This document shows positions 27,000-34,779 of a stretch of 34,779 nt of DNA, piece by piece; the first letter of the stretch is position 1, and each line of letters begins with the position of its first letter. The DNA lies in the NCBI GenBank assembly GCA_051382305.1, contig JBBCAV010000187.1, positions 1-34,779 on the forward strand, read 5' to 3'. Under the pieces are notes generated by a model that was not told the DNA's origin, ran no database searches, and saw only the letters and a list, made by a program, of their open reading frames with translations. Origin of the DNA: Bdellovibrionota bacterium FG-2. Its GTDB lineage: Bacteria > Bdellovibrionota > UBA1018. The position numbers were made by a program, and so were the translations under genes.

Positions 27000-28217
27000 A
27001 TGGAAAGGGGGCAACTGCGCTTGAGTCAAAATCCTTTCACCATTGCATCACTACTTGTTCTCCTGCTCTTTCTCCTCCCTCTGACCCAGCTACAGGGCGC
27101 GGAAGTCGATGCCTTCACGCGGAGAACCCCTCTGCCTCAGAACAGTGCACTGCTGGTCAATCAAGTCACGACCCGACTCCTACAGACTGCCGTCACTAGA
27201 CTCAACCAAAGCTTCAAAGAAGAAGGAACTTCCTGCATCCAAGACCTCCCGGAGCGTGCGGAGCTTCGAAGAGCGATAGGGGTGCTGCTGGACAAGAATT
27301 TCTCAGATTTTCACGACGAGTACTACAAGGCACTACTTCAGCATCCCGCACTCGCTCCCCTGCGCGCTCAACCTTCTTTCCGGGCTTCGAATTCAGGACA
27401 GCAAAGAGCCATTTTGCGAAAAGCCGCAGATCAACTAGGCCTGCTGCGCTCTGTGAGACTCGATGATCCCAACAACATTTACCAGCCGGCAAAGGACAAA
27501 CTGGTCTTTTCGGTCTTGTTAGGCAAAACGCACAACACTTGCTGCAGTGATCAAGTGAATATCGGCGGCCACTACGTCGGCCTTGATAAAATCGGGCACT
27601 TCTTTGAATCCGGTTATGACCTCTATCGAATTCACAAGAACGACGGTCTCAAAGCCGCCCTTGATTATAGCGTACTTCAAGAAGAAGGCGGCTGGGGCCT
27701 CTCACTTAACGGCGTCAAATCTTATGGGGATCTCGCCGCGAACTACGACGGAATGAGATTTTGGCAATGGCTCCTTGATGGACCCCAGGCCGCCATGGAG
27801 TGTCGCGCTGACGGAACTTATGCGCTGACCAAGGCATTTCAAATCGAGAAATTTACCTCCGACGCTTGGGACGAAGGAATCAACTGCTCAAGTTTTGATC
27901 CAGAAATCGCAGGAAAAGTCATCCCTTTGATCCAGATGCGTACGCTGGGAAAAGGTTGCCCTGTCAGTGAAGAGGCATGCGCGAGACTCAATTCGTATTA
28001 TCCAGAAATCATCGCAAGACGAATCTTGCATCCCGCCTGTGTCGCCGCAGGACACCGCGCACGGGTCAACGCGACCCAGAGTCATGGAGAGTCCGACCCT
28101 TGCCCCGTATTTGACCCAAACCCGTTTAGTGAATCAGGGGCTTCGCTCTACAAGAAAACCAAAAGCGTCCTCAAACATAAATGGCTCAACGATACGGGGG
28201 CTGAGCAGTGGTTCTAG
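27000..28217 (+). CDS. Secreted hypothetical protein, Cys-rich C-terminus
   Basis: Signal peptide followed by EVDAFT; DKIGHFF and SYGDLAAN motifs; start uncertain (27000 or 27021). Confidence 0.7.
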   Translation: MERGQLRLSQNPFTIASLLVLLLFLLPLTQLQGAEVDAFTRRTPLPQNSALLVNQVTTRLLQTAVTRLNQSFKEEGTSCIQDLPERAELRRAIGVLLDKNFSDFHDEYYKALLQHPALAPLRAQPSFRASNSGQQRAILRKAADQLGLLRSVRLDDPNNIYQPAKDKLVFSVLLGKTHNTCCSDQVNIGGHYVGLDKIGHFFESGYDLYRIHKNDGLKAALDYSVLQEEGGWGLSLNGVKSYGDLAANYDGMRFWQWLLDGPQAAMECRADGTYALTKAFQIEKFTSDAWDEGINCSSFDPEIAGKVIPLIQMRTLGKGCPVSEEACARLNSYYPEIIARRILHPACVAAGHRARVNATQSHGESDPCPVFDPNPFSESGASLYKKTKSVLKHKWLNDTGAEQWF

Positions 28218-28618
28218 AAAATCTATTTCTCCTCGCGCTGGCGATAACTTCTGTCGCGCAAGCGGTGCCGCCAAAAACCGGCCTTGAAACCTTTCTCGCC
28301 TGCGGCAAAATAACCGAGCCCCAGAAATTAGGTTCGTGTGCCGACCCTTGGATATCACCAGAACTCCCCGAAGAGACTCGCGTGAAAATCTTTGCGTGGC
28401 TCGAAAAAACGGGACGACATCGGAGCGTGAGCGCCTGCTCGACCGCGCAGATTCGTCTCATCAAGATCGCAGGGGTTGCGGCCTCAGAAGACGTACTATG
28501 CCTCAGGCATATTGATGCGCCTTATGCTGCCGCTGCAAGAGATCCGAAAGAAAATTGGGGATTCGTGATTTATCGAAAAACAGCTGAAGGGATTCGGATT
28601 GTGAAGGTCAAGGATTAG
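28208..28618 (+). CDS. Small secreted hypothetical protein
   Basis: Signal peptide ending AQA, four Cys, overlaps the upstream stop. Confidence 0.6.
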   Translation: MVLENLFLLALAITSVAQAVPPKTGLETFLACGKITEPQKLGSCADPWISPELPEETRVKIFAWLEKTGRHRSVSACSTAQIRLIKIAGVAASEDVLCLRHIDAPYAAAARDPKENWGFVIYRKTAEGIRIVKVKD

Positions 28619-29892
28619 GGTGGAAGTCGAGACGAGTTGAAACCAGGATAAACAAAAGCGCCCGAAATCCGCGCACAATCCTTCTCGGTGACCCCGGCAC
28701 TGCGGGCAACCTGATGCCAAGTTGAGCTTACGCGTTTTTCCATTTTCTTCAGCAGCTTTTCCGATTCTTCTCTTTCGAGTAAAAAACGCAGACACTGCGA
28801 CAGGATGTTATGGGCATTAGCAAAACGGCCCGCGTCACCTACCGTCAAAGCAAGATCACGTCGCTCAAGACTGATGGGAGTCGAAGGCGTTAGGTCGTAG
28901 GCAGGAGATAGTTTCCAGTCCCGATTCTTTGCGATGATTGCGTGGTTGCGTGGGCGATCGTCGATGTTTGTGATCAAGGCGTTGAAAATCATTCTCTTAA
29001 AAAGCTCGGCAGCGTCCTTTTCTGGCTGCGCACTGATGCGGCGAAGCTCCTCGACCAGGAGAACATAGGACCACTTCTCCCGAGTGAGATGAGTATCCTC
29101 TGCTCCGAGCAGAGTCAGGGCACTAACCATTCGCGCACGGAGATATCCCATATTTGTTTTTTCTCGATCAAAGCGCTTAACAAGCAGCACATCACGTCCA
29201 CCCACTGAAACGATGCGACTCTCTGCGGTGGCGATTCCGCAAGAGCGAGCCAATAAGAGCATCGCATGCTCTACACGAGCATTGTTCCACTTGTCATCGG
29301 TTCGATTAAACTTTGCGAGCCATAGTCCGCTTTTGTCCTCCACAACCGCCTTCGGTCTTGCGCCTCCCATTGAGGTGCCAATAAGCAATAACTCTTCGAT
29401 CTGCTGGGTCGCTATATCGGATGGCAGGTCTTCATCAGCCACGATCCCATCGGCAATCTTCTGCAATTTTTCGAGATCCAGCGTTTGATTGAACTGCCGA
29501 CGTGGCGCCGGAGGGTTTTTGTTTAAACCGAAACCGAGCGCGCCGGCTCGATCATCAGACGAGAGCAGGAGATAGTCCATTTCGCCGAGCGATGGATTCC
29601 CTGAGTTACGCTCGATGATACGTCTCCCCCAATAATCTGGCCCCGCGTCGCGAAGCGCGCCAAATACACCTTTCAACCCAGTAGTCTCAAAAGTGCGAGG
29701 GCTGAGTCGGAGTTCAACAGGATCAAATTCCACTGCATCAGGATTTTCGAGATATGTTTTGCCATAGACAAAACGCCCAAGACCGATGCCATCGCGAGTG
29801 GAGTTATGCTCAAAACGCCCAGCGGTCACCGGTTGCGTTTGCCCAGGCAAAGTGATGTAGACGAAGCATTCAGCAGTCGCCTTAGAAGTCAT
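28615..29892 (-). CDS. hipA: HipA-family Ser/Thr kinase toxin
   Basis: N-terminal couple domain (DAGPDYWGR, DRAGAL), GTSMGGARPK, WLAKF, VKRFDR, NIDDRPRNH, LSPAYD; start overlaps the antitoxin end. Confidence 0.9.
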   Translation of the reverse strand: MTSKATAECFVYITLPGQTQPVTAGRFEHNSTRDGIGLGRFVYGKTYLENPDAVEFDPVELRLSPRTFETTGLKGVFGALRDAGPDYWGRRIIERNSGNPSLGEMDYLLLSSDDRAGALGFGLNKNPPAPRRQFNQTLDLEKLQKIADGIVADEDLPSDIATQQIEELLLIGTSMGGARPKAVVEDKSGLWLAKFNRTDDKWNNARVEHAMLLLARSCGIATAESRIVSVGGRDVLLVKRFDREKTNMGYLRARMVSALTLLGAEDTHLTREKWSYVLLVEELRRISAQPEKDAAELFKRMIFNALITNIDDRPRNHAIIAKNRDWKLSPAYDLTPSTPISLERRDLALTVGDAGRFANAHNILSQCLRFLLEREESEKLLKKMEKRVSSTWHQVARSAGVTEKDCARISGAFVYPGFNSSRLPP

Positions 29893-30223
29893 TGTCCAGG
29901 CCCCCGCCTGCGCGAACCCGCGTGTGCTCCCGCGATAGTGCAAGGGTTTGCCCCTCTAAATCGCGGCTGGGGTCAGCCAGAATTTCGAAGGCACCCATCA
30001 GTCCAAAGGTCCACAAAAGTGCAGTATAGACTGCGATACTTGTAGAGGGTTTGCCTCTCTCCGCATCCGCGATGGCGCGAACTCCGGTCCCGGTTTTTTC
30101 GGCGACATCCTTTAGGGTTAAGCGACGACGGATTCTCGCGGTACGAAGGTTTTTACCTAGGCGCTTGAGCGCTTGCTCGACAGCATAGGGAGGGGATGTC
30201 AGGAGCTTATTGCGAGCGACCAT
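29882..30223 (-). CDS. XRE-family HTH antitoxin (HipB-like)
   Basis: LRTARIRRRLTLKDVAEKTG..AIADAERGKP; lies directly upstream of hipA. Confidence 0.85.
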   Translation of the reverse strand: MVARNKLLTSPPYAVEQALKRLGKNLRTARIRRRLTLKDVAEKTGTGVRAIADAERGKPSTSIAVYTALLWTFGLMGAFEILADPSRDLEGQTLALSREHTRVRAGGGLDNDF

Positions 30224-30233
30224 GATGGTTATT

Positions 30234-30262
30234 AGTATATCTGGGGTTCGGCGGAATTTCAA
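30234..30262 (-). promoter_or_regulatory. Sigma70 promoter of the toxin-antitoxin operon
   Basis: TTGAAA, 17 nt, TATACT; 10 nt to ATG 30223, no SD. Confidence 0.75.
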
Positions 30263-30271
30263 TAGAAATGC

Positions 30272-30310
30272 CCTTAAGAGCGCCTTGGTACAGTCTATCT
30301 GCTCTTAAGG
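30272..30310. repeat. 10-bp perfect inverted repeat with a 19-nt spacer
   Basis: CCTTAAGAGC (30272-30281) and GCTCTTAAGG (30301-30310). Confidence 0.8.
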
Positions 30311-31159
30311 TGCCCTCTCCCACAACCCCACCAAAAACCCTCCGCCGCCCGAGCCCGTGAGCTTCACCGCAAGCGCGCCTTTTTCCAAAAGCTCCCGGGA
30401 AAGCGCCAAAGCCTCCGGCGGCAACAACCCCCACGCTTCAAAACACCGTTGAGAAGTTTGCATTCCTAGGGCGATCTGATCCAAATCCACAGGGACACAA
30501 GACAAACCCTCGCGGATCCTGCGCGACGCCTCGGACATGCGCTCATCCAAAATCCAAGCCTCTTCTGGGTAAGTGCGCACAAACTCAAAGACCCGACTAA
30601 CACATTCTGAAGTCTTCGCTCGCACGCCCGTGTCGTGGAAAGTAAAACGAGGCATTTCGGAAACAGGGATAGGCTCCCACTCGCCGCGCCGAAAAAACAC
30701 CGAGGACTCCGCCATGACCGCCGCCACATCCATCCCACTGCTGGTGCCATGAAACTGATTTTCAAGGCAGCGGGCAAACGAAAAAGCCTGCAACGGATCC
30801 AGCGCCAGCGCCAGCGCCTGCGAAAACCACTTCGTGACCGAAACACAAAGCGCAGCCGATGATCCAAAACCTGACCCCACCGGAATGGAACTCTCAATCT
30901 TAAGCTCACCCACAGGAGCATCAATCTCAACGCCCAAGCCGCGCGCCAACTCGCGCGCTTTATCAACTAGCGCATGGACGCCCTCAGAACCACCTTGCGA
31001 ATCGATCTTCAACTCACCGAAGTCGGAGGGGAAAAACTTCAAACTCAACGCCGCCTCAGGATGGGGCAAAACCACCGCAGCCCCGCCACGTAGGACACTG
31101 TGTTCGCCTGCGAGCACAAACTTGCCGGGCACGCGACACTCAAACGCAGGCAGCCTCAT
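30305..31159 (-). CDS. mvk: Mevalonate kinase
   Basis: PGKFVLAGEHSV, IPVGSGFGSSAA, FHGTSSGMD, KLTGSGGGG; ATGA overlap with mvaD. Confidence 0.85.
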   Translation of the reverse strand: MRLPAFECRVPGKFVLAGEHSVLRGGAAVVLPHPEAALSLKFFPSDFGELKIDSQGGSEGVHALVDKARELARGLGVEIDAPVGELKIESSIPVGSGFGSSAALCVSVTKWFSQALALALDPLQAFSFARCLENQFHGTSSGMDVAAVMAESSVFFRRGEWEPIPVSEMPRFTFHDTGVRAKTSECVSRVFEFVRTYPEEAWILDERMSEASRRIREGLSCVPVDLDQIALGMQTSQRCFEAWGLLPPEALALSRELLEKGALAVKLTGSGGGGFLVGLWERAP

Positions 31160-32247
31160 CGCCCCTCCGGGACACTCGACACCTCGAGCAAGCAAGCTCC
31201 CTGGCCCTGCCCATCTTTTGAGATTTCATATTTAGGAAAAGTGCAGCGAAGCTTTTCTTGCCACATAGATTTTTCAACCCGTGGCACGATGACGTGCACA
31301 TTCGGTCCGGCGTCCATCGTGACCATCGGAAGCCTCGCGTTTTCCCGGCGCTCGCGCTCGCCGCCTGCTCCCTGCGCAAAGAGGGGCATAAATTCCTTGA
31401 GCACTTCAAGGCTCCCTGGCTCCCAGAAACTAAAGGGCTCAACGGAAGTATGAAACAAGCTGTGCATTTCCCACATCTCGCGCCACACCTCTATTGCAAT
31501 CGTGTTCCACTGCCCCGAAAGCAACGCCGCACGAATATCGCTGGCACGTTTCGACGCGCGTTCCGACCGCCCCAACCAAAGTGGCGAAGACTTCACACGG
31601 CTATGCGCCTCTGACGAAGAAACTGCTTTTTTCGCCCTTGAAACTAAAATAACAAAATGAGCAACCTCCTCCAAGTGACTCTTAAGAGGTTGGGCGTCTT
31701 CACCTTCCCAGAAAACCCACGGGCCATCAAATGAGCGGCTCGCACTCCCAGAACCCTGGCGGGCGAGCCGCGCCGCAAGCCGACGAAGCTCCCGATTCGC
31801 GCTATCGGGGGCGCCTATAGAAGCATTCCACTGAGTTTTAAACGACCCAGGATCACGCGTAAGCACAGCCAAAAAAGCCAAAGTCATCGCAGCAAAACTC
31901 GAAGCACTGGAGGCAATCCCAGAACTCGCGGGAAAAGTATTATGAGACTCCATTAGGAACTGGCCGGAAGTCACGGCTTCCAAACCAAAGCTGGGCCAAT
32001 GCTCAGATACGGATTCATGAACTCGCTCAAAATGCCTCACCGCACGCTCTAACGCAACCGAATCCAAGCCCGCGCATTGAAGGGTCCGTCCCGCAATTGC
32101 CACGCCTCGTTTTACCCCGACCACCGTATGAAGAGCATCCAACGTAAGCGAAAGACTGGGGTTTTCAGGAATATTTCCCTCCCGCTTTCCCATATATTTC
32201 ACGAGCGCAATATTTGAAGGGGCACAGGCCTGAACTAGAACCGACAT
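31156..32247 (-). CDS. mvaD: Diphosphomevalonate decarboxylase
   Basis: SNIALVKYMGK, SLSLTL, GIASSASSFAA, GSGSASRS, K.VSSS, TMDAGPNVH. Confidence 0.92.
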   Translation of the reverse strand: MSVLVQACAPSNIALVKYMGKREGNIPENPSLSLTLDALHTVVGVKRGVAIAGRTLQCAGLDSVALERAVRHFERVHESVSEHWPSFGLEAVTSGQFLMESHNTFPASSGIASSASSFAAMTLAFLAVLTRDPGSFKTQWNASIGAPDSANRELRRLAARLARQGSGSASRSFDGPWVFWEGEDAQPLKSHLEEVAHFVILVSRAKKAVSSSEAHSRVKSSPLWLGRSERASKRASDIRAALLSGQWNTIAIEVWREMWEMHSLFHTSVEPFSFWEPGSLEVLKEFMPLFAQGAGGERERRENARLPMVTMDAGPNVHVIVPRVEKSMWQEKLRCTFPKYEISKDGQGQGACLLEVSSVPEGR

Positions 32248-33155
32248 TTCAGCCCCCCCTCATCACCCAAAACACCGGGAAGCCACGAAAGACCACGCGC
32301 GCGCGCCAGGCCCAGAATTTGCGCGCGAACTTTTTCATCGCCATCGAAGGCCACCAAGAGTGCGTCAGACTGAAGCGCGCCTGAGCCTTTAATTCCAAGC
32401 ACCCCCTTAATCGCTTTGAATGCCTCGCGATCCCCAGAAGTTTCTTCACATTCAAGCTTTGCAGCCGCGAGAAGCGAAGAGGCATGATCAAACGCGCGCC
32501 CGAGTTCAGCGACATTATTCGCCTCGAGCGCCTTCACACCCAACGCCACGGTTTCCGAAAGGCCCAAGACCAGTTCGTGCGCCCAAGACGCCTCTGGAAA
32601 ACCTCTCTTACCCAGTTGCGCCAAATGTTCATGGGTGGCCACTTTTCGACCCGCTTGCAGGGTCGTTGAAAAAACTAAGACTTGCGCGGCAAAATCGAAC
32701 TTCAATGCGCGCACATTCTCCCTTGCCGGATCAAAATGAACGACGCCGCCTTGGACTTGCGACACCACGTCCGCACCACTGGGAGCGATCCCCACCTCGC
32801 CTTGCGAGGTCAGATCCACGAAACTTCTCCAAACGGATTTCCAATCTAGTTCCGAACTCGACAGCGCCTGCAGAGTCAAAATAAATTGCGCAGAACTCGC
32901 ACCCAGTCCGCCGCGCCCCTCCAGTCGATCGATAAATTTCCATAACCCTTGCGGCGATTTGCCCGTACGTTCAAGCAAAAGTCCCGCAGGAGAGAGGGGC
33001 GAAAAAAGCTCGCCAAAAGATACGCCGCCGGACGACAGGCCGCCCTCCAGTTCGAACCGAGGTGCCATGCTTGCAAGCAATGCGGGTCCTCCAGCTAAAA
33101 CAGCATACTCACCCAGTAGGAAAATCTTTGAAGGGCAACTTGCTCGAAAACTCAT
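32235..33155 (-). CDS. GHMP kinase, probable phosphomevalonate kinase
   Basis: PSKIFLLGEYAVL, GGLGASSA, SGADV, KGSGA..SD; position within the mevalonate operon. Confidence 0.75.
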   Translation of the reverse strand: MSFRASCPSKIFLLGEYAVLAGGPALLASMAPRFELEGGLSSGGVSFGELFSPLSPAGLLLERTGKSPQGLWKFIDRLEGRGGLGASSAQFILTLQALSSSELDWKSVWRSFVDLTSQGEVGIAPSGADVVSQVQGGVVHFDPARENVRALKFDFAAQVLVFSTTLQAGRKVATHEHLAQLGKRGFPEASWAHELVLGLSETVALGVKALEANNVAELGRAFDHASSLLAAAKLECEETSGDREAFKAIKGVLGIKGSGALQSDALLVAFDGDEKVRAQILGLARARGLSWLPGVLGDEGGLKCRF

Positions 33156-33158
33156 GGG

Positions 33159-34457
33159 CTAAAAAACCGCCGCACCTTTTCGATTAGCACGCATCGAATT
33201 CAAGATCTCTTTGGCGTGCGATAAGTTGATATGTTTGTTGACCCGCAACACTTCAGCCAAACGATCCCGCACTTGCGCGATTTCGTGGACGTCCGCTCCG
33301 GCCGCAATCGCAAGATTTGCGGCATGAAGCTGCATATGCCCGCGCACAATCCCGACCGTCGTCAGCGCCTTAAGCGCGCCCAAGTTTTGCACCAAGCCCA
33401 CTGCGACACAAATTCGCGCAAGCTCCTCGGCGCGCTCGACTCGCAACATTTTAAGAGCGACGCGTGCGGTGGGATGTAAACGAGTCATTCCGCCCGCGAT
33501 TCCGACCGCCATAGGAACTTCAATGCGCCCCACGAGATCAGGGCCTTCCATTTTCCAATCCGTCACGGGCTGGTATTTACCCGAACGTGCCGCATAGGCG
33601 TGTACGCCCGCTTCGACCGCGCGCCAGTCGTTTCCGGTAGCAATAATGATGGGGTCAATTCCGTTGAGAACTCCCTTATTGTGGGTCGCAGCTCGATAAG
33701 GATCGGCTTGCGCAAAAAGCGTGGCTTCTTCGATTCCGCGGCCAATTCGTTGATCGACATTGCGAATCACCACTTCAGCAACCGCAAGTTTGGTGTCTAC
33801 GAGGTTTGACAAAATACAGAGGCCAACCTTTTCTTGGCTGATAACTTCAATCCGAGGCTTAAGCACTTCGCAAACTTGATTGATTAAATTAGCCCCCATT
33901 GCATCGCAAGGATCGCACAAGATGTGCAAGACTAACATCGTCCCATCACCGCCCGGACGATCCAGTTCTCGGATCGCAAGGTCACGCACTCCACCGCCAC
34001 GCGCGACAAGGTTCGGCAAGCAGCCGTTGGCGAGATCCATGAGCAGATCGCGATTCTCGTGCAACATCCGTCTGGCTCTTGAGACATTCTGAACGCTGGG
34101 GAGCTGAACCTGACCGATGATGAGGTTCCCCTTCGAATAGGTGCGAATCGAGCCTTCTTTTCTGATCCATTTTGCTGTCGCGCTTGCGGCCGCAATAATC
34201 GATGACTCTTCAACTGCCATGGGAATTACATAATCTTGCCCGTCGATCGTAAAATTAGTCGCAACGCCCAAAGGAATCGGAAAATAACCCACCACATTTT
34301 CAATCAAATGCTCAGCCACATCCGACGAAAGCACCTGCTCACCTGAAAGGATGCGGACTTCTTCGTTGCTGAGCTCACAAAGCTCCTTTACACGCTCCAA
34401 CCGCTCTTCGCGAGTGAGTCTGTGAAAGCCTTCAGTTAAGTCTCGTTTTTGTTCCAT
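33159..34457 (-). CDS. mvaA: Class II HMG-CoA reductase
   Basis: IENVVG, PMAVEE.S, DAMGAN, ILSNL, RAATHNKG, GNDWRA, GHMQLHA. Confidence 0.95.
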   Translation of the reverse strand: MEQKRDLTEGFHRLTREERLERVKELCELSNEEVRILSGEQVLSSDVAEHLIENVVGYFPIPLGVATNFTIDGQDYVIPMAVEESSIIAAASATAKWIRKEGSIRTYSKGNLIIGQVQLPSVQNVSRARRMLHENRDLLMDLANGCLPNLVARGGGVRDLAIRELDRPGGDGTMLVLHILCDPCDAMGANLINQVCEVLKPRIEVISQEKVGLCILSNLVDTKLAVAEVVIRNVDQRIGRGIEEATLFAQADPYRAATHNKGVLNGIDPIIIATGNDWRAVEAGVHAYAARSGKYQPVTDWKMEGPDLVGRIEVPMAVGIAGGMTRLHPTARVALKMLRVERAEELARICVAVGLVQNLGALKALTTVGIVRGHMQLHAANLAIAAGADVHEIAQVRDRLAEVLRVNKHINLSHAKEILNSMRANRKGAAVF

Positions 34458-34779
34458 AACCTGCCCTTAACTCTGATACCGAGGTAGACCCGGTACACAA
34501 AAGTGCGACCCTAAGTTCAAATTCTTGAATCTCCATCCACTGGCACAAAGACTCGCGACCTGCAAGTGCCGCTTCGAGAGCCGGCTGAGCATAACCCACT
34601 CGGTTCGCACCAAGGCCCAGCAGTTTCGCGGCATCCAATCCGGAGCGAATTCCGCCAGAAGCCCAGATCTCAGGTTTTGCGCCTGAAAATTCATCAAATG
34701 CTCCCCGTGCGGCCATCACCGAATCCACAGTGGATTCACCCCAATTGGCAAAAGTCACGGCCGCATGCTGAGTTATGGG
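34432..34779 (-). CDS. fni: Type 2 isopentenyl-diphosphate isomerase, 3' part (truncated by the window edge)
   Basis: FANWG.ST, IWASGGIRSGLDAAKLL.LGA, ELRVAL..TG; frame open to the window end; operon context. Confidence 0.88.
   Translation of the reverse strand, partial: PITQHAAVTFANWGESTVDSVMAARGAFDEFSGAKPEIWASGGIRSGLDAAKLLGLGANRVGYAQPALEAALAGRESLCQWMEIQEFELRVALLCTGSTSVSELRAGYGTKTRLN

Noticed and set aside
690-34697. Numerous short (60-170 aa) ORFs overlapping called genes
   Set aside because: Shadow frames of well-supported genes, with no motifs or RBS

Overview
Gene-dense bacterial chromosomal segment, probably Bdellovibrionota/Oligoflexia-like (inferred from the mevalonate operon and many secreted hypothetical proteins). 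From left to right it holds: (1) a minus-strand lipid operon encoding an alkyl-DHAP-synthase-like flavoprotein, an Fe-S protein and a DAG-kinase-family enzyme; (2) an AAA+/DUF4143 ATPase behind a palindrome-containing promoter, an alpha/beta hydrolase, a degenerate nucleotidyltransferase-family protein, a DMT transporter and TlpA; (3) an HNH nuclease, an atypical ECF sigma and a zinc anti-sigma; (4) secreted hypotheticals, one frameshifted, and a beta-barrel protein; (5) a translationally coupled POT transporter, OPT transporter and adenosine deaminase operon; (6) a secreted HEXXH protein plus partner gene bracketed by a 27-bp direct repeat; (7) an M3 peptidase, a deleted AAA-ATPase remnant, NamZ, a structured 0.5-kb intergenic region and rsmB; (8) a HipBA-type toxin-antitoxin pair with an active-site substitution; (9) the mevalonate operon (partial fni, HMG-CoA reductase, PMK-like kinase, mvaD, mvk). 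No rRNA, tRNA, CRISPR array or transposase was recognised. The strongest candidates for new biology are the putative ether-lipid operon, the repeat-flanked protease cassette and the peptide-transporter/deaminase operon. All calls come from motif recognition by eye; no searches were run.
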